From Gemmatimonadales bacterium (lineage in GTDB: Bacteria > Gemmatimonadota > Gemmatimonadetes > Gemmatimonadales > GWC2-71-9), in NCBI GenBank assembly GCA_037189525.1, contig JBBCJC010000001.1:352001-416000 (forward strand): a stretch of 64,000 nucleotides of DNA. The letters run 5' to 3'. Under the pieces are notes generated by a model that saw only the letters and a list, made by a program, of their open reading frames with translations, did not search any database and had not been told where the DNA came from. Made by a program: the position numbers and the translations under genes. Of this stretch, positions 1-9,235 are shown one piece after another; positions within the stretch are counted from its first letter, which is position 1, and every line of letters starts with the position of its first letter.

Positions 1-617
1 ACGCGGGCGACGCGGCGGGCGCCAAAGCCCTGGCGAGCCAGAATGTCCGCGCATTCCTGGACCAGGCCGATGCGGTCGTGGTCAATAGCGCCGGTTGTGG
101 CGCGCTCCTCAAAGATGCCGGCCACTTGCTGGGCAGCGCCGAGGCCGAGCGTTTTGGCCGCTCGGTGCGCGACGTGACCGAACTGCTGGCCGAGGCGGGA
201 CCGCGGCGCGGCGCATCGCTGCCGCTAGAAGTCTGCTACGACGCGCCCTGCCACCTCCAGCATGCGCAGCGGATTCACAAGGAGCCGCTTGCCGTGCTGC
301 AGGCCATTCCGGACCTCACGATCCGTCTCCTGCCCGGGTCCGATCGCTGCTGCGGCAGTGCCGGGATTTACGGCGTGCTCAACCCCGAGATGTCGCGCAA
401 GGTCCTCGACGACAAGATTGCGGGCATTCGCGACGCCTCGCCTCGGCCCGCGTTCGTCGCGACCGGGAACCCGGGCTGCCTGATGCAGATCGGCGCCGGC
501 CTCAAAGCCGCAAACCTCGATATCGCGGCGATCCACCCGGTCGAATTGCTCGACTGGTCCTATCGCGCCGCCGGATTCTACGACGAGCCGGCGACGTCGT
601 CGCGGAACGGCAACTGA
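1..617 (+). CDS. glcF: Glycolate oxidase iron-sulfur subunit GlcF-like (CCG-domain Fe-S protein), 5'-partial
   Basis: Frame open from window start. CCG-type motifs VNSAGCG, YDAPCHLQHAQ, CCGSAGIY, TGNPGCLMQI, HPVELL. Confidence 0.8.
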   Translation, partial: AGDAAGAKALASQNVRAFLDQADAVVVNSAGCGALLKDAGHLLGSAEAERFGRSVRDVTELLAEAGPRRGASLPLEVCYDAPCHLQHAQRIHKEPLAVLQAIPDLTIRLLPGSDRCCGSAGIYGVLNPEMSRKVLDDKIAGIRDASPRPAFVATGNPGCLMQIGAGLKAANLDIAAIHPVELLDWSYRAAGFYDEPATSSRNGN

Positions 618-619
618 CC

Positions 620-1612
620 ATGGAATCGATCCCTCGCTCGCCTGCGCAGCTGTTGCGGCTCCGCTCCGCTCCGATTCGGGTTCCCGATCGCCTCGCCATT
701 TTCCGGATTGCCGGACCGGGCGCCGAGCAGTGCCTGCAGGGTCTCCTGACCAACGACGTCAGCAAGCCGGGCGTCGACGCGTTGATCTACGGCGCGCTGC
801 TGACGCCCAAGGGCATGATCGTGGTCGACTACTGGGTCGTCCGGCTCGCCGACGCCTTCCTGTTCGCCACCGACCTTTCAGCGCAGCAAGCGTCACTCGA
901 TCTCTTTCGCCGCCAGCTGCCGCCCCGGCTGGCTAAGGTGACCGACCTGACCGACAGCTGGGATGCTCGCTGGCTTCTCGGTACGGGTACCGACGCCTGG
1001 ATCGACGCCGCCGGCGGCACTCGCCCGGAGCCGGGTCGGGTACGCCGCCTTCCGGTCGGATCGGGTGACATCCTGGTCGGCGCCCCGTCCTCCCACCGGG
1101 CCGGCTTCCGATACTTGGTCCTGGGCCCATCCGATCTCCTCCGCGATGCGGATGCCCTGCTTGGCGGCGGCGGCGCGGCGGGTGAGCTCGCGGACGTGAG
1201 AGCCGCCCGGGTGCTCGCCGGGTTTCCCTCGCTCGGGGCCGAGATCGACGACAAAACCCTGCCCCAGGAAGTGGACTTCGACGGCATCGGCGGGATCTCC
1301 TACACCAAGGGATGCTACGTGGGACAGGAGACGGTGGCGCGGCTCCATTTCCGCGGCCACGCCAACTGGTTGCTGCGCGGCGTCGAGGTCACCGGCGACC
1401 GCGCCGGACTCACCGATCCGGTCGAGCGAGACGGCAAGCCGGTCGTGCGCATCGGCACCTTGATCGAGCTTGGTCCGCATCAGGCCATCGGGCTCGCCAA
1501 GGTGCGGCGCGAAGTGGAACCGGAAACGATGCTCGAGCTATCGGGAGTGACGATTCGCGTGGTGGCCCTGGACGCCGAACCCGGATTCTCTCCGCCGCTC
1601 GACTCCGCCTGA
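620..1612 (+). CDS. ygfZ: YgfZ/GcvT-family folate-binding Fe-S cluster maturation protein
   Basis: ATG at 620, 2 nt after the glcF stop. LQGLLTNDV, LLTPKG and the signature ISYTKGCYVGQETVAR. Confidence 0.9.
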   Translation: MESIPRSPAQLLRLRSAPIRVPDRLAIFRIAGPGAEQCLQGLLTNDVSKPGVDALIYGALLTPKGMIVVDYWVVRLADAFLFATDLSAQQASLDLFRRQLPPRLAKVTDLTDSWDARWLLGTGTDAWIDAAGGTRPEPGRVRRLPVGSGDILVGAPSSHRAGFRYLVLGPSDLLRDADALLGGGGAAGELADVRAARVLAGFPSLGAEIDDKTLPQEVDFDGIGGISYTKGCYVGQETVARLHFRGHANWLLRGVEVTGDRAGLTDPVERDGKPVVRIGTLIELGPHQAIGLAKVRREVEPETMLELSGVTIRVVALDAEPGFSPPLDSA

Positions 1613-1618
1613 CCTCCG

Positions 1619-1660
1619 GAAAACAACGAGCCCCGGCAACCAGAACGTCGCCGGGGCCCT
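1619..1660 (-). terminator. Intrinsic terminator of the small lipoprotein gene (may also act on ygfZ)
   Basis: Minus strand GCCCCGGCGAC-loop-GTTGCCGGGGC followed by TCGTTGTTTT, between convergent genes. Confidence 0.65.
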
Positions 1661-1680
1661 TCACACTGATGATGAGACGC

Positions 1681-1869
1681 TTACTGCGGAGTCGCCGCAG
1701 TGGCGGTGTCACGCGCGACCGTGGTGTCGGTCGTGCTGTCGACGGCAGCCGGCGGGACGACCGGAGCGACGACGGCGGCGGTATCGACCGCCGGAACTTC
1801 TTCGGCCTTCTTTTCACCGCAGGCGGCCAGGACCAGCACCGACGCGGCGGCCAACACGTACTTGGACAT
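1681..1869 (-). CDS. Small Ala/Thr/Val-rich lipoprotein (62 aa)
   Basis: Strong SD (AAGGAG) before ATG; signal peptide MSKYVLAAASVLVLAA-C with lipobox; low-complexity tail; own terminator. Confidence 0.8.
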   Translation of the reverse strand: MSKYVLAAASVLVLAACGEKKAEEVPAVDTAAVVAPVVPPAAVDSTTDTTVARDTATAATPQ

Positions 1870-2101
1870 TCCTACTCCTTACGCAACCGAGGGTTACTTT
1901 GTCAGTGGTCGACAGGAGCCGGTGAGCGCTGTTCCACTGCGGTTGAAGATAGGAACCGGCCCCATCTTGTCAATCAGGGCAACGACTTAGCTCCACTTTG
2001 CCTGGTTGGAATATGCCCTGCTGCGCCGAAACGACACCCGAACACAAACCGAACGAGGCGTGACTTCGCAGCACGGAGCCAAACGCCGGAATGACAGGCC
2101 G

Positions 2102-3547
2102 ATGGAACGACCCACTACCCTTGGCGGACTCCGCGCCAGTCCGTATGTCGGCGCCCGCAGCATCCACGACGAGATCCGGGCCAATCTGCTGGCGGCCCTG
2201 GCCCGCGGCGAAACCCTCTTTCCCGGGATCCAGGGATACGAGGACACCGTCGTGCCGCAGGTGGTCAATGCTCTGCTCGCCCGTCAGGATTTCATTCTGC
2301 TGGGCCTCCGCGGCCAGGCCAAGAGCCGCTTGCTGCGCGGCCTGACCCGCTTTCTCGATGCGGCCGTTCCGGTGGTGGCCGGCAGCGAAATCAACGACGA
2401 CCCCTTCGCCCCGATTTCCCGATACGCTCGCGACATCCTTGCTGCGCAGGGCGACGCCACCCCGATCACCTGGCTGCCGCGTGAAGCGCGCTACGTGGAG
2501 AAGCTGGCGACCCCCGATGTGACCATCGCCGACCTGATCGGCGACATCGACCCGATCAAGGCCGCCAAGGGCGGTCATACGCTGGGTGACGAACTCACCA
2601 TGCACTACGGCCTGCTGCCTCGGGCCAATCGCTGCATCTTTGCCATCAACGAGTTGCCCGATTTGAGCGGCAAGATTCAGGTCGGGCTCTTCAACATCAT
2701 GCAGGAAGGCGACGTCCAGATCAAAGGGTACCCGGTGCGTCTGCCCCTCGACGTGGCGCTCGTGTTCACCGCCAATCCGGAGGACTACACCGCCCGCGGG
2801 AAAATCGTCACCCCGCTCAAAGATCGGATCGGCGCCGAAATCCAGACGCACTATCCCCGCGCGGTGGAGATGGGCATGGCCATCACCGCCCAGGAAGCCT
2901 GGGTCGACCGCGGCGAGCTCGAGGTCCGGACCCCGGAGTTCATGCGGGAGCTGATCGAACGGGTGGCCTTCGAAGCCCGGAGCGACCGCCGGATCGACAA
3001 ACGCTCCGGCGTCAGCCAGCGCCTCCCCATCAGCCTGCTCGAAAATGTGGTGTCCAACGCGGAGCGGCGCGGCATCATGCGCGGCGAGCGATCGGTCGTG
3101 CCGCGCATCGGCGACTGCTACGCCTCGCTTCCCGCCATCACCGGCAAACTCGAACTCGAGTACGAAGGCGAACTGCAAGGCGCGGAAACGATCGCCAAGG
3201 ATCTGGTGCGCCGCGCTGCGCAGCGGACCTTTGTGTCCCGCGCCGAGCACGTCGGCCCGGAAGGGATCGAGGAGGTGGTGGCGTGGTTCGACGGCGGCGG
3301 AGCCCTGCGGATCGGCGGCGATGAGCGGACCGAGCTCTGCCTCAAGGCCTTCCACACCGTCCCCGGTCTGATCTCGCTTGCCGAGCAAGTGGCCGGTGGT
3401 TCCGAGCCGACACCAGGCGACCTGGTCTCGGCGGCGGAGCTGGCCCTCGAAGCCCTCACCGCGCAGAAGCGGATCAGCCGGAGCGACGATCTGGGATGGA
3501 CCGCCGCCCGGTTCGGACGGGAGCGGCGCCGCGACCCGGATGATTGA
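2102..3547 (+). CDS. AAA+ ATPase, Mg-chelatase ChlI/MoxR-like (vWA-associated)
   Basis: Variant Walker A GLRGQAKS, Walker B-like [20 protein letters not shown] and PLKDR. Start chosen at ATG 2102. Confidence 0.85.
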   Translation: MERPTTLGGLRASPYVGARSIHDEIRANLLAALARGETLFPGIQGYEDTVVPQVVNALLARQDFILLGLRGQAKSRLLRGLTRFLDAAVPVVAGSEINDDPFAPISRYARDILAAQGDATPITWLPREARYVEKLATPDVTIADLIGDIDPIKAAKGGHTLGDELTMHYGLLPRANRCIFAINELPDLSGKIQVGLFNIMQEGDVQIKGYPVRLPLDVALVFTANPEDYTARGKIVTPLKDRIGAEIQTHYPRAVEMGMAITAQEAWVDRGELEVRTPEFMRELIERVAFEARSDRRIDKRSGVSQRLPISLLENVVSNAERRGIMRGERSVVPRIGDCYASLPAITGKLELEYEGELQGAETIAKDLVRRAAQRTFVSRAEHVGPEGIEEVVAWFDGGGALRIGGDERTELCLKAFHTVPGLISLAEQVAGGSEPTPGDLVSAAELALEALTAQKRISRSDDLGWTAARFGRERRRDPDD

Positions 3548-3553
3548 TCCGGC

Positions 3554-4207
3554 TCAGGGACGAGCCGAACGGCGCTCGAGGGTTTCGTGGGGCCAGCGGA
3601 TCTTGGCCCGCCCCACGATGGTGTCGACGGTCTGATCGATCCCGAGGGCCGCCGTGTTGAGGACGAGGTGGTACTTCGAGGCATCCCGCCAATCCCGCCC
3701 GTAGTACAACTCGTGATAGCGGGCCCGCGCCGCATCAGACCGGGTAATCTCCGCAGCCGCTTGCTCCGGAGTACACCCCGACCGCAATACGATGGCATCG
3801 ATCCTGGTCTGGCGCGGCGCCACCACTTTGACGTGCAGCGCGTCGCGCTCGCCGCCCAGGACCGCCGACGCGGCCCGGCCCACCATCACCACGCGCCCGT
3901 CCCGGCTCGCATCGGCCACCGCCGCTTCGGTCACTCGGACCAGCTTGGCCTCTTCGAGTTCCGGGATCTCCTCCGAAGGCGCCGCCTGAATCTCCGGGGC
4001 CGCATTGCTCAACGCGCGCACCAGGCGTTCCACAAATCCCGGCGCCCGCTCCTCCCGCTCGGCCACTTCCTCGGGCGTCAGGCCCGAACGGTCGGCGATC
4101 TGATCGATCAACTCGTTATCGACCACGCGCCAGCCCAGCGCCGACGCCACCTGCCGCGCCACCAGAGCGCCGCCGGCGCCGATTTCCCGAGACAAGGTGA
4201 TGATCAT
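3554..4207 (-). CDS. Cytidylate kinase-like family protein
   Basis: MIITLSREIGAGG P-loop-like start, VMVGRAA, SDAARARYH, YHLVLNT. ATG overlaps the MFS stop (ATGA). Confidence 0.85.
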   Translation of the reverse strand: MIITLSREIGAGGALVARQVASALGWRVVDNELIDQIADRSGLTPEEVAEREERAPGFVERLVRALSNAAPEIQAAPSEEIPELEEAKLVRVTEAAVADASRDGRVVMVGRAASAVLGGERDALHVKVVAPRQTRIDAIVLRSGCTPEQAAAEITRSDAARARYHELYYGRDWRDASKYHLVLNTAALGIDQTVDTIVGRAKIRWPHETLERRSARP

Positions 4208-5505
4208 GCGGTACTCCCGGTCGCCGACACTTCTTCGTTGGGCGGAGGCGGGGGCCGGAAAAAGCCCATACGCCAGGATACCGTCACCGCAGCCATCAGA
4301 CAAATCGCGCCGCCCATACCGATGGCAAAGGACGGCCCGAACCGCTCACCCACCCAGGAGGCCTGCGCCGAACCGAACGGCGCCATGCCGATCACGATGA
4401 AGGCGTAGAGCCCGACCACCTGGCCCCGGATATGATCGGGCGCGCTGGTCTGTAGGATGGTGTTGGTCATGATCGCGTTGAGCGCCATACAGAGGCCGGC
4501 CACCACGAGCAGGACCGCCGATGCCGTGTAGGAATGGATGATGCCGATCAAGAGGAGACTGCTGCCCAGACCGAGCCCCGCCGTGAAGGCTACCCGCTCC
4601 CTCGGAAACCGCTGACCGATTGCCGCGAGCATCAAGGCTCCGGACGCCGCGCCGATACCGAAGGACGCGAGCAGGCCGCCGAAGCCCTCGACTTCGACGC
4701 CAAGCGTTTTCCGGGCGTACGCCGGCAGGATGGCCGTCAGCGATGCGCCGAAGAGGGTGAACGTGGTGGTCAGGATCACCAGGGCGCGCGGTAAGCGAAG
4801 CCCGAGCACGTGATCGATCCCGGCGCGATACCCGGTCCGCCGAATCACCGACGGCGCCGCCCCCAGGTTCGCATCGATCTTGTAGAGACCGATCAGCACC
4901 GCAAGGAAACTCGCGGCATTGATGAAGAAGCAGGCGGCCGAGCCCAGTATCGCGCTGACCAGACTGCCCAGCGCGGGGCCGAAGACGCGGGACAGATTGA
5001 ACGCGGAGCTGTTGAGCGCAATCGCGCTCATCAGATGCTGCTTGCCCACCATCTCGACCAGATAGGCCTGCCGGATCGGGATCTCGAAGGCGCTGATCAG
5101 TCCGGCGCACGCCGCGAGCAGGTAGATCAGCGGAACCGTAATCCATCCCATCACCGTCAGAATGCCGAGCGCCAGGGCTTCGACCAGAAACGCCGTCTGC
5201 AGCATCATCAGCCAGCGGCGTTTGTTGACCCGGTCGGCCACGATCCCGCCGTAGAGCGTGAACAGCAGCACCGGCAAGGCGTTGAGGGTGACGACCAGTC
5301 CGGTCTTGAGGGTGGAATCGGTGAGCTCGAGCACCAGCCACGAGAGCGCCACCGTCTGCATCCACGACCCGCAGAGGGAGACGAACTGACCCGCAATGAA
5401 GAGCCGAAAGTTGCGACTCTGGAGCGCACCGATCGACAGGAGGCCCCGTCCGACGGATTCACCGGCCCGGCGTAAGAATGGGAGCACGGACCGGAAGATA
5501 GTCAC
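4204..5505 (-). CDS. MFS transporter (MFS_3/DUF894-like)
   Basis: About 12 hydrophobic segments; RNFRLF...GQFVSLCGSWMQ, GGIVADRVNKRR, AIALNSSAFNLSRVFGP. Confidence 0.9.
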   Translation of the reverse strand: MTIFRSVLPFLRRAGESVGRGLLSIGALQSRNFRLFIAGQFVSLCGSWMQTVALSWLVLELTDSTLKTGLVVTLNALPVLLFTLYGGIVADRVNKRRWLMMLQTAFLVEALALGILTVMGWITVPLIYLLAACAGLISAFEIPIRQAYLVEMVGKQHLMSAIALNSSAFNLSRVFGPALGSLVSAILGSAACFFINAASFLAVLIGLYKIDANLGAAPSVIRRTGYRAGIDHVLGLRLPRALVILTTTFTLFGASLTAILPAYARKTLGVEVEGFGGLLASFGIGAASGALMLAAIGQRFPRERVAFTAGLGLGSSLLLIGIIHSYTASAVLLVVAGLCMALNAIMTNTILQTSAPDHIRGQVVGLYAFIVIGMAPFGSAQASWVGERFGPSFAIGMGGAICLMAAVTVSWRMGFFRPPPPPNEEVSATGSTA

Positions 5506-5573
5506 GCCCGGAAATCGGTCCGACCACGACCCTTCCTGTTGCCGTGGCCGGCCCGAGTCGGCACCTTATCAGG

Positions 5574-6866
5574 ATGCGGTACACCACCTACGCCAAGTTC
5601 ACCCCCGGACTGGCCGACGCCGTCAATCTCCAGGCACTGCTCGACGAGTTGGGGGACTTTCTGCTCCAGTCCGGCTTTGCCGGCAGCGACGCTGACTGGC
5701 CCTGGTGGGCGCCACCTCCCGAAGGGGGAGACCGCACGCTCGACACGCTGCGGCAGGCCATCCTCGACGCGCTGATCCACTCGAACCAGCTGACCCCCGA
5801 GATGGTACGCTATCTCCGCGGCGAACCGTCGGGCGATGAGGCCAAAGATGCCGAGCTGGCGGCGCAATTGGCCGCGCTGATCGATTCGCTGATCGAACGG
5901 CTGATGGCCGAGGGATACCTCAAGACCCGCCCAATGCCCCAAGCCCCTTCGGGATACTCGGCAGTCACGGGCCCCGGCGGTCAGGCGCGCGCCGCCGCCG
6001 AGCAGGTCCATTTCGAGCTGACCGACAAGGGCCTCGATTTTCTCGGCCATCGCACACTCAAGCACCTCCTGGGCACCGCGGGGAAGTCCAGTCTCGGCGC
6101 TCACGAAACCCGCCTGCTCTCCACCGGCATCGAAGCCGAGGGATCGTCACGCCCCTACCAGTTCGGCGACACCCTGAATCTCGACGTCCCGGGCACCCTC
6201 GCGAGCGCCATCGCCCGGCACGGTCTGTCGGTCCCGCTCGACCTGGACTACGACGATCTCCAGGTCCACCAGTCCGAGTACCGCTCCTCGGCGGCGACCG
6301 TGCTGATGCTCGACTGCTCCCATTCGATGATCCTCTACGGCGAGGACCGCTTCACTCCCGCCAAGAAAGTGGCGTTGGCGCTCACCCATCTGATTCGGAC
6401 CCAGTTCCCGGGTGACACCCTCAAGCTCGTTCTTTTCCACGACTACGCCGAAGAGATTCCACTTGCTGCGCTGCCGTCGGCTCAGGTCGGCCCCTATCAC
6501 ACCAATACCGCCGACGGCCTCAAACTCGCGCGACGGCTGCTGATGGCGCAGAAGAAGGAGATGCGGCAGATCATCATGATCACCGACGGGAAGCCGTCCG
6601 CCATGACGGGACCGTCCGGACAGACCTACGTCAACGCTATGGGACTCGATCCCGAGATCCTAGACGTCACCTTCCGCGAGGTCGCCGCCTGCCGGCAAAG
6701 CGGGATCGTGATCAACACCTTCATGCTCGCCCGGGAGCCGAGCCTGGTGGAGTTCGTCAAACAGGTTTCCGAGATCTGCCGCGGCAAGGCGTACTTCACC
6801 AACACGATGACCCTGGGCCAATTCATCCTGATGGATTTCATGCGGCGCCGGACCACCCGGGGCTGA
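5574..6866 (+). CDS. vWA-domain protein, partner of the AAA+ ATPase
   Basis: [33 protein letters not shown] linker typical of AAA-associated vWA proteins. Confidence 0.85.
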   Translation: MRYTTYAKFTPGLADAVNLQALLDELGDFLLQSGFAGSDADWPWWAPPPEGGDRTLDTLRQAILDALIHSNQLTPEMVRYLRGEPSGDEAKDAELAAQLAALIDSLIERLMAEGYLKTRPMPQAPSGYSAVTGPGGQARAAAEQVHFELTDKGLDFLGHRTLKHLLGTAGKSSLGAHETRLLSTGIEAEGSSRPYQFGDTLNLDVPGTLASAIARHGLSVPLDLDYDDLQVHQSEYRSSAATVLMLDCSHSMILYGEDRFTPAKKVALALTHLIRTQFPGDTLKLVLFHDYAEEIPLAALPSAQVGPYHTNTADGLKLARRLLMAQKKEMRQIIMITDGKPSAMTGPSGQTYVNAMGLDPEILDVTFREVAACRQSGIVINTFMLAREPSLVEFVKQVSEICRGKAYFTNTMTLGQFILMDFMRRRTTRG

Positions 6867-6893
6867 GCCGGTCCCGGCTCGGCAGGTCTCGAC

Positions 6894-6932
6894 TTGCTAC
6901 AGAAATAAACTGATATTATTTTTTCTGCAGAA
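6894..6932 (+). promoter_or_regulatory. Sigma70-type promoter with operator palindrome for the TA operon
   Basis: TTGCTA(6894)-17 nt-TATTTT(6917), or extended TG-n-TATTAT(6914). Palindrome TTCTGCAGAA 6923-6932 overlaps the ATG; related half-site CTACAGAAA overlaps the -35. AT-rich island in GC-rich DNA. Confidence 0.6.
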
Positions 6933-7309
6933 TGACACACCCACTTCCGACCACCTCCCCGCATCCGGAACCGGTCCTGTCGAAGGCCGTGGTCCGAGCC
7001 GCGACCCTGCTCGGGTTGAACCAGAGCGAGTTGGCCGAGATCCTGGGCATCAGCCCGGCCTCGGCGTCGCGCCTGGTGGCCGGCCGGTATCAGCTCGCGC
7101 CGGGACGCGGCAAGGAATGGGAGCTCGGGGTCCTGTTGGTCCGCCTCTTCCGGTCGCTCGATGCCATCGTCGGGCACGGCGAGGCAGCCGCGATCTGGCT
7201 CCGCGGGCACAACAGCGACCTGAACGGCAAGCCCGTGGCGCTGATCGGCACGGCGGAAGGCCTGGTCCGGGTCATTCACCACCTCGACGCCGTCCGTGGC
7301 CGAGTTTGA
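6932..7309 (+). CDS. Xre/MbcA/ParS-family antitoxin
   Basis: N-terminal HTH (LGLNQSELAEILGISPASASRL) and C-terminal MbcA/ParS-like WLRGHNSDLNGKP...GLVRVIHHLDA. Confidence 0.9.
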   Translation: MTHPLPTTSPHPEPVLSKAVVRAATLLGLNQSELAEILGISPASASRLVAGRYQLAPGRGKEWELGVLLVRLFRSLDAIVGHGEAAAIWLRGHNSDLNGKPVALIGTAEGLVRVIHHLDAVRGRV

Positions 7310-8021
7310 CCCGATAACGGTAAGGCTGGCGGTGTGGCGCGCGGTCGAAGCGCAGCACATCGTCTCGACCATGGTGCTGGTCGACACCGCCGACGAACAA
7401 CGCCTGCTGGAAGATCTCCTCGAAGCGCACAAACCCGCCGTACCCGCCGACGCCTCCCGGCTGCACTATCTCCTGTTCACGCCGTTCCGCTACCCGACGA
7501 GCGAGTTCGGCTCGCGCTTTCGCGCGCCGCACGACCCCGGGGTGTTCTATGGCGCCGATGAGATTCGCACGGCCTGTGCGGAGGTGGGATACTGGCGTTG
7601 GCGCTTCCTGATGGCGAGCCCGGCGCTGCCGGAACTCGAGCCCCGCGAGCAGACGGTCTTTCAGTCCCAGCTGCGCGGCCCCGCCATCGACCTGCGCACG
7701 CCGCCGTACCTGCGCCGCCGACGCGCCTGGACCGACCCCGATGACTACGGCCCCTGCCAGACGCTGGCCCGCCAGGCGCGCAGCACGGGGGTCCAGGTGA
7801 TCCGCTACCAGTCGGTGCGCGATCCGGAGTCCGGCGGCTGCGCAGCAGTGCTGTCACCCGCCGCGTTTGCCCGCCGTACCCCACTCAAGCTGGAATCGTG
7901 GTATCTCGCAGTGTCACGCGACCGGGTCCGCTGGTATCGGGGCCGGCTCACCGGCCCCGGACGTCACTTCGAATTTCTCATGTCCCCCCGCGAGGCCCGA
8001 AGCAGCACGCCGACCGAGTAA
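7296..8021 (+). CDS. RES-domain toxin (NAD+ phosphorylase family)
   Basis: GTG start overlapping the antitoxin; catalytic R (VWRAVE), E (TACAE), S (YQSVR); GSRFR...PGVFYGA. Confidence 0.9.
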   Translation: MAEFDPITVRLAVWRAVEAQHIVSTMVLVDTADEQRLLEDLLEAHKPAVPADASRLHYLLFTPFRYPTSEFGSRFRAPHDPGVFYGADEIRTACAEVGYWRWRFLMASPALPELEPREQTVFQSQLRGPAIDLRTPPYLRRRRAWTDPDDYGPCQTLARQARSTGVQVIRYQSVRDPESGGCAAVLSPAAFARRTPLKLESWYLAVSRDRVRWYRGRLTGPGRHFEFLMSPREARSSTPTE

Positions 8022-8068
8022 GCCGCTGTTGATAGCCCATCTGCAGGAGCGACCCGTTCGGGAGCTGA

Positions 8069-8437
8069 AAGACGAGCCACCCCGATCATGGCTCCCATCG
8101 GCGCCAGCCACCGGCACCGGCACCGGCACCGGGACCGTGGGCAGCGTCGCTCCGTATCGGATACTCACACCAAGGCCTACAGCAAGTACCACGGCAGCCG
8201 CCGCCGCGCCGGCACACTGCGCAACGATGTACGGAGCAACCATCCTGACCGGGAACCGACCCGTCGACCACAGTGCCACCGTTACGGCCGGATTGATATG
8301 CGCTCCGGAAATGGGACCGAGCGCGTAGACGACCACCGACACCGCCGCACCAAACGCAATGGCAACGCCGAGATGCGTGATCATGCCGCTTCGACAAGTG
8401 CTCGACGCAATACCCCGTCAGACGGCGACTCGCTCAT
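8069..8437 (-). pseudogene. Aquaporin/aquaglyceroporin (MIP, arsenic-cluster type) pseudogene with two internal deletions
   Basis: ATG 8437 coupled to the upstream stop reads MSESPSDGVLRRALVEAA-stop. The next frame gives GMITHLGVAIAFG...SGAHINPAVT...AQCAGA...GATLP, then (CCGGTG)4, then a third frame WLAPMGAMIGVARL resembling TM6. TM1 and the second NPA half are absent. Confidence 0.8.
8109..8132. repeat. Hexamer tandem repeat (CACCGG)4
   Basis: Four exact copies at the second deletion junction of the aquaporin pseudogene. Confidence 0.9.
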
Positions 8438-9183
8438 GCCGTTCCTCCTCGGCGCAGTTCCTCCGCAAACCGATCGGGAAGATCACTCGTCAGGATTGCA
8501 CTTGCCGCTCTCTCCACCTCGTACTCGACGCGAATGAAATCGACCTCGAATCGCTCGGATCCGGCAGCGACGACGACATACCCAGCGCGCGGATCGCCGT
8601 CTTTCGGACGTCCCACGCTTCCCGCGTTGACATAGTGGACACCGTCGATAATGCGGTGCCAGGGCCGATGAGTATGTCCAAAAGCAATCAGGTCGCCGGC
8701 TCGCGCCCCGGCATGCGCAGCCATTTTCCGGCAGAAATCGTCCGGTCGATCCTCGGTCCAATACACCGTGTTGAGCATCGGGTTGCCGTGCACCAGAATG
8801 AGACGCTGACCTGCCGCATGACCACCTCGAATACTGACATCGATTCGAAAAGGCAGTGCCGCAAGACGCCGTTTCGTCTCGGCCGAGAGATGGCGTCTGG
8901 TCCAGTCGTAGCTCAGATGACTGGCCGCCTCCTGCTCAGGGTTCTCATAGCGGCAACCACAGTGCGAATGATCGAAAGCAACGGTGGAGTCGTAGTTCCC
9001 CGCGACACCAGCAATACCGCGTCGATCCAGCAATGCCACGACCTCGTTAGGCCACGGCGCATAGCCGACCAGGTCCCCGAGATGATAGATGACGGTATCG
9101 CGGTTCCGGCTGGCAATGTCGTCCAGCACGGCCTCCAATGCCGGGAGATTGGCATGAATATCCGAGATCAGCGTGTATCGCAC
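8434..9183 (-). CDS. Calcineurin-like metallophosphoesterase (arsenic-cluster associated)
   Basis: GTG 9183. Motifs SDIHAN, LGDLVG, GNYD, VHG, GHTH, NAGSVGRPKDGD, plus an extra HCGC motif. Confidence 0.9.
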   Translation of the reverse strand: MRYTLISDIHANLPALEAVLDDIASRNRDTVIYHLGDLVGYAPWPNEVVALLDRRGIAGVAGNYDSTVAFDHSHCGCRYENPEQEAASHLSYDWTRRHLSAETKRRLAALPFRIDVSIRGGHAAGQRLILVHGNPMLNTVYWTEDRPDDFCRKMAAHAGARAGDLIAFGHTHRPWHRIIDGVHYVNAGSVGRPKDGDPRAGYVVVAAGSERFEVDFIRVEYEVERAASAILTSDLPDRFAEELRRGGTA

Positions 9184-9235
9184 CGGCCACCTCGAGTCCC
9201 GTTCGCGGAGTTTGACCGATTCGTGCCCGGTCGGT

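Noticed and set aside
2102..3547. Photosynthetic Mg-chelatase bchI
   Set aside because: Variant Walker motifs, no bch/puf genes nearby; fits the vWA-associated non-photosynthetic subfamily.
7914..8384. Intact 156-aa aquaporin as in the ORF track
   Set aside because: Lacks TM1 and the second NPA; the C-terminal half is out-of-frame read-through antisense to the RES gene.
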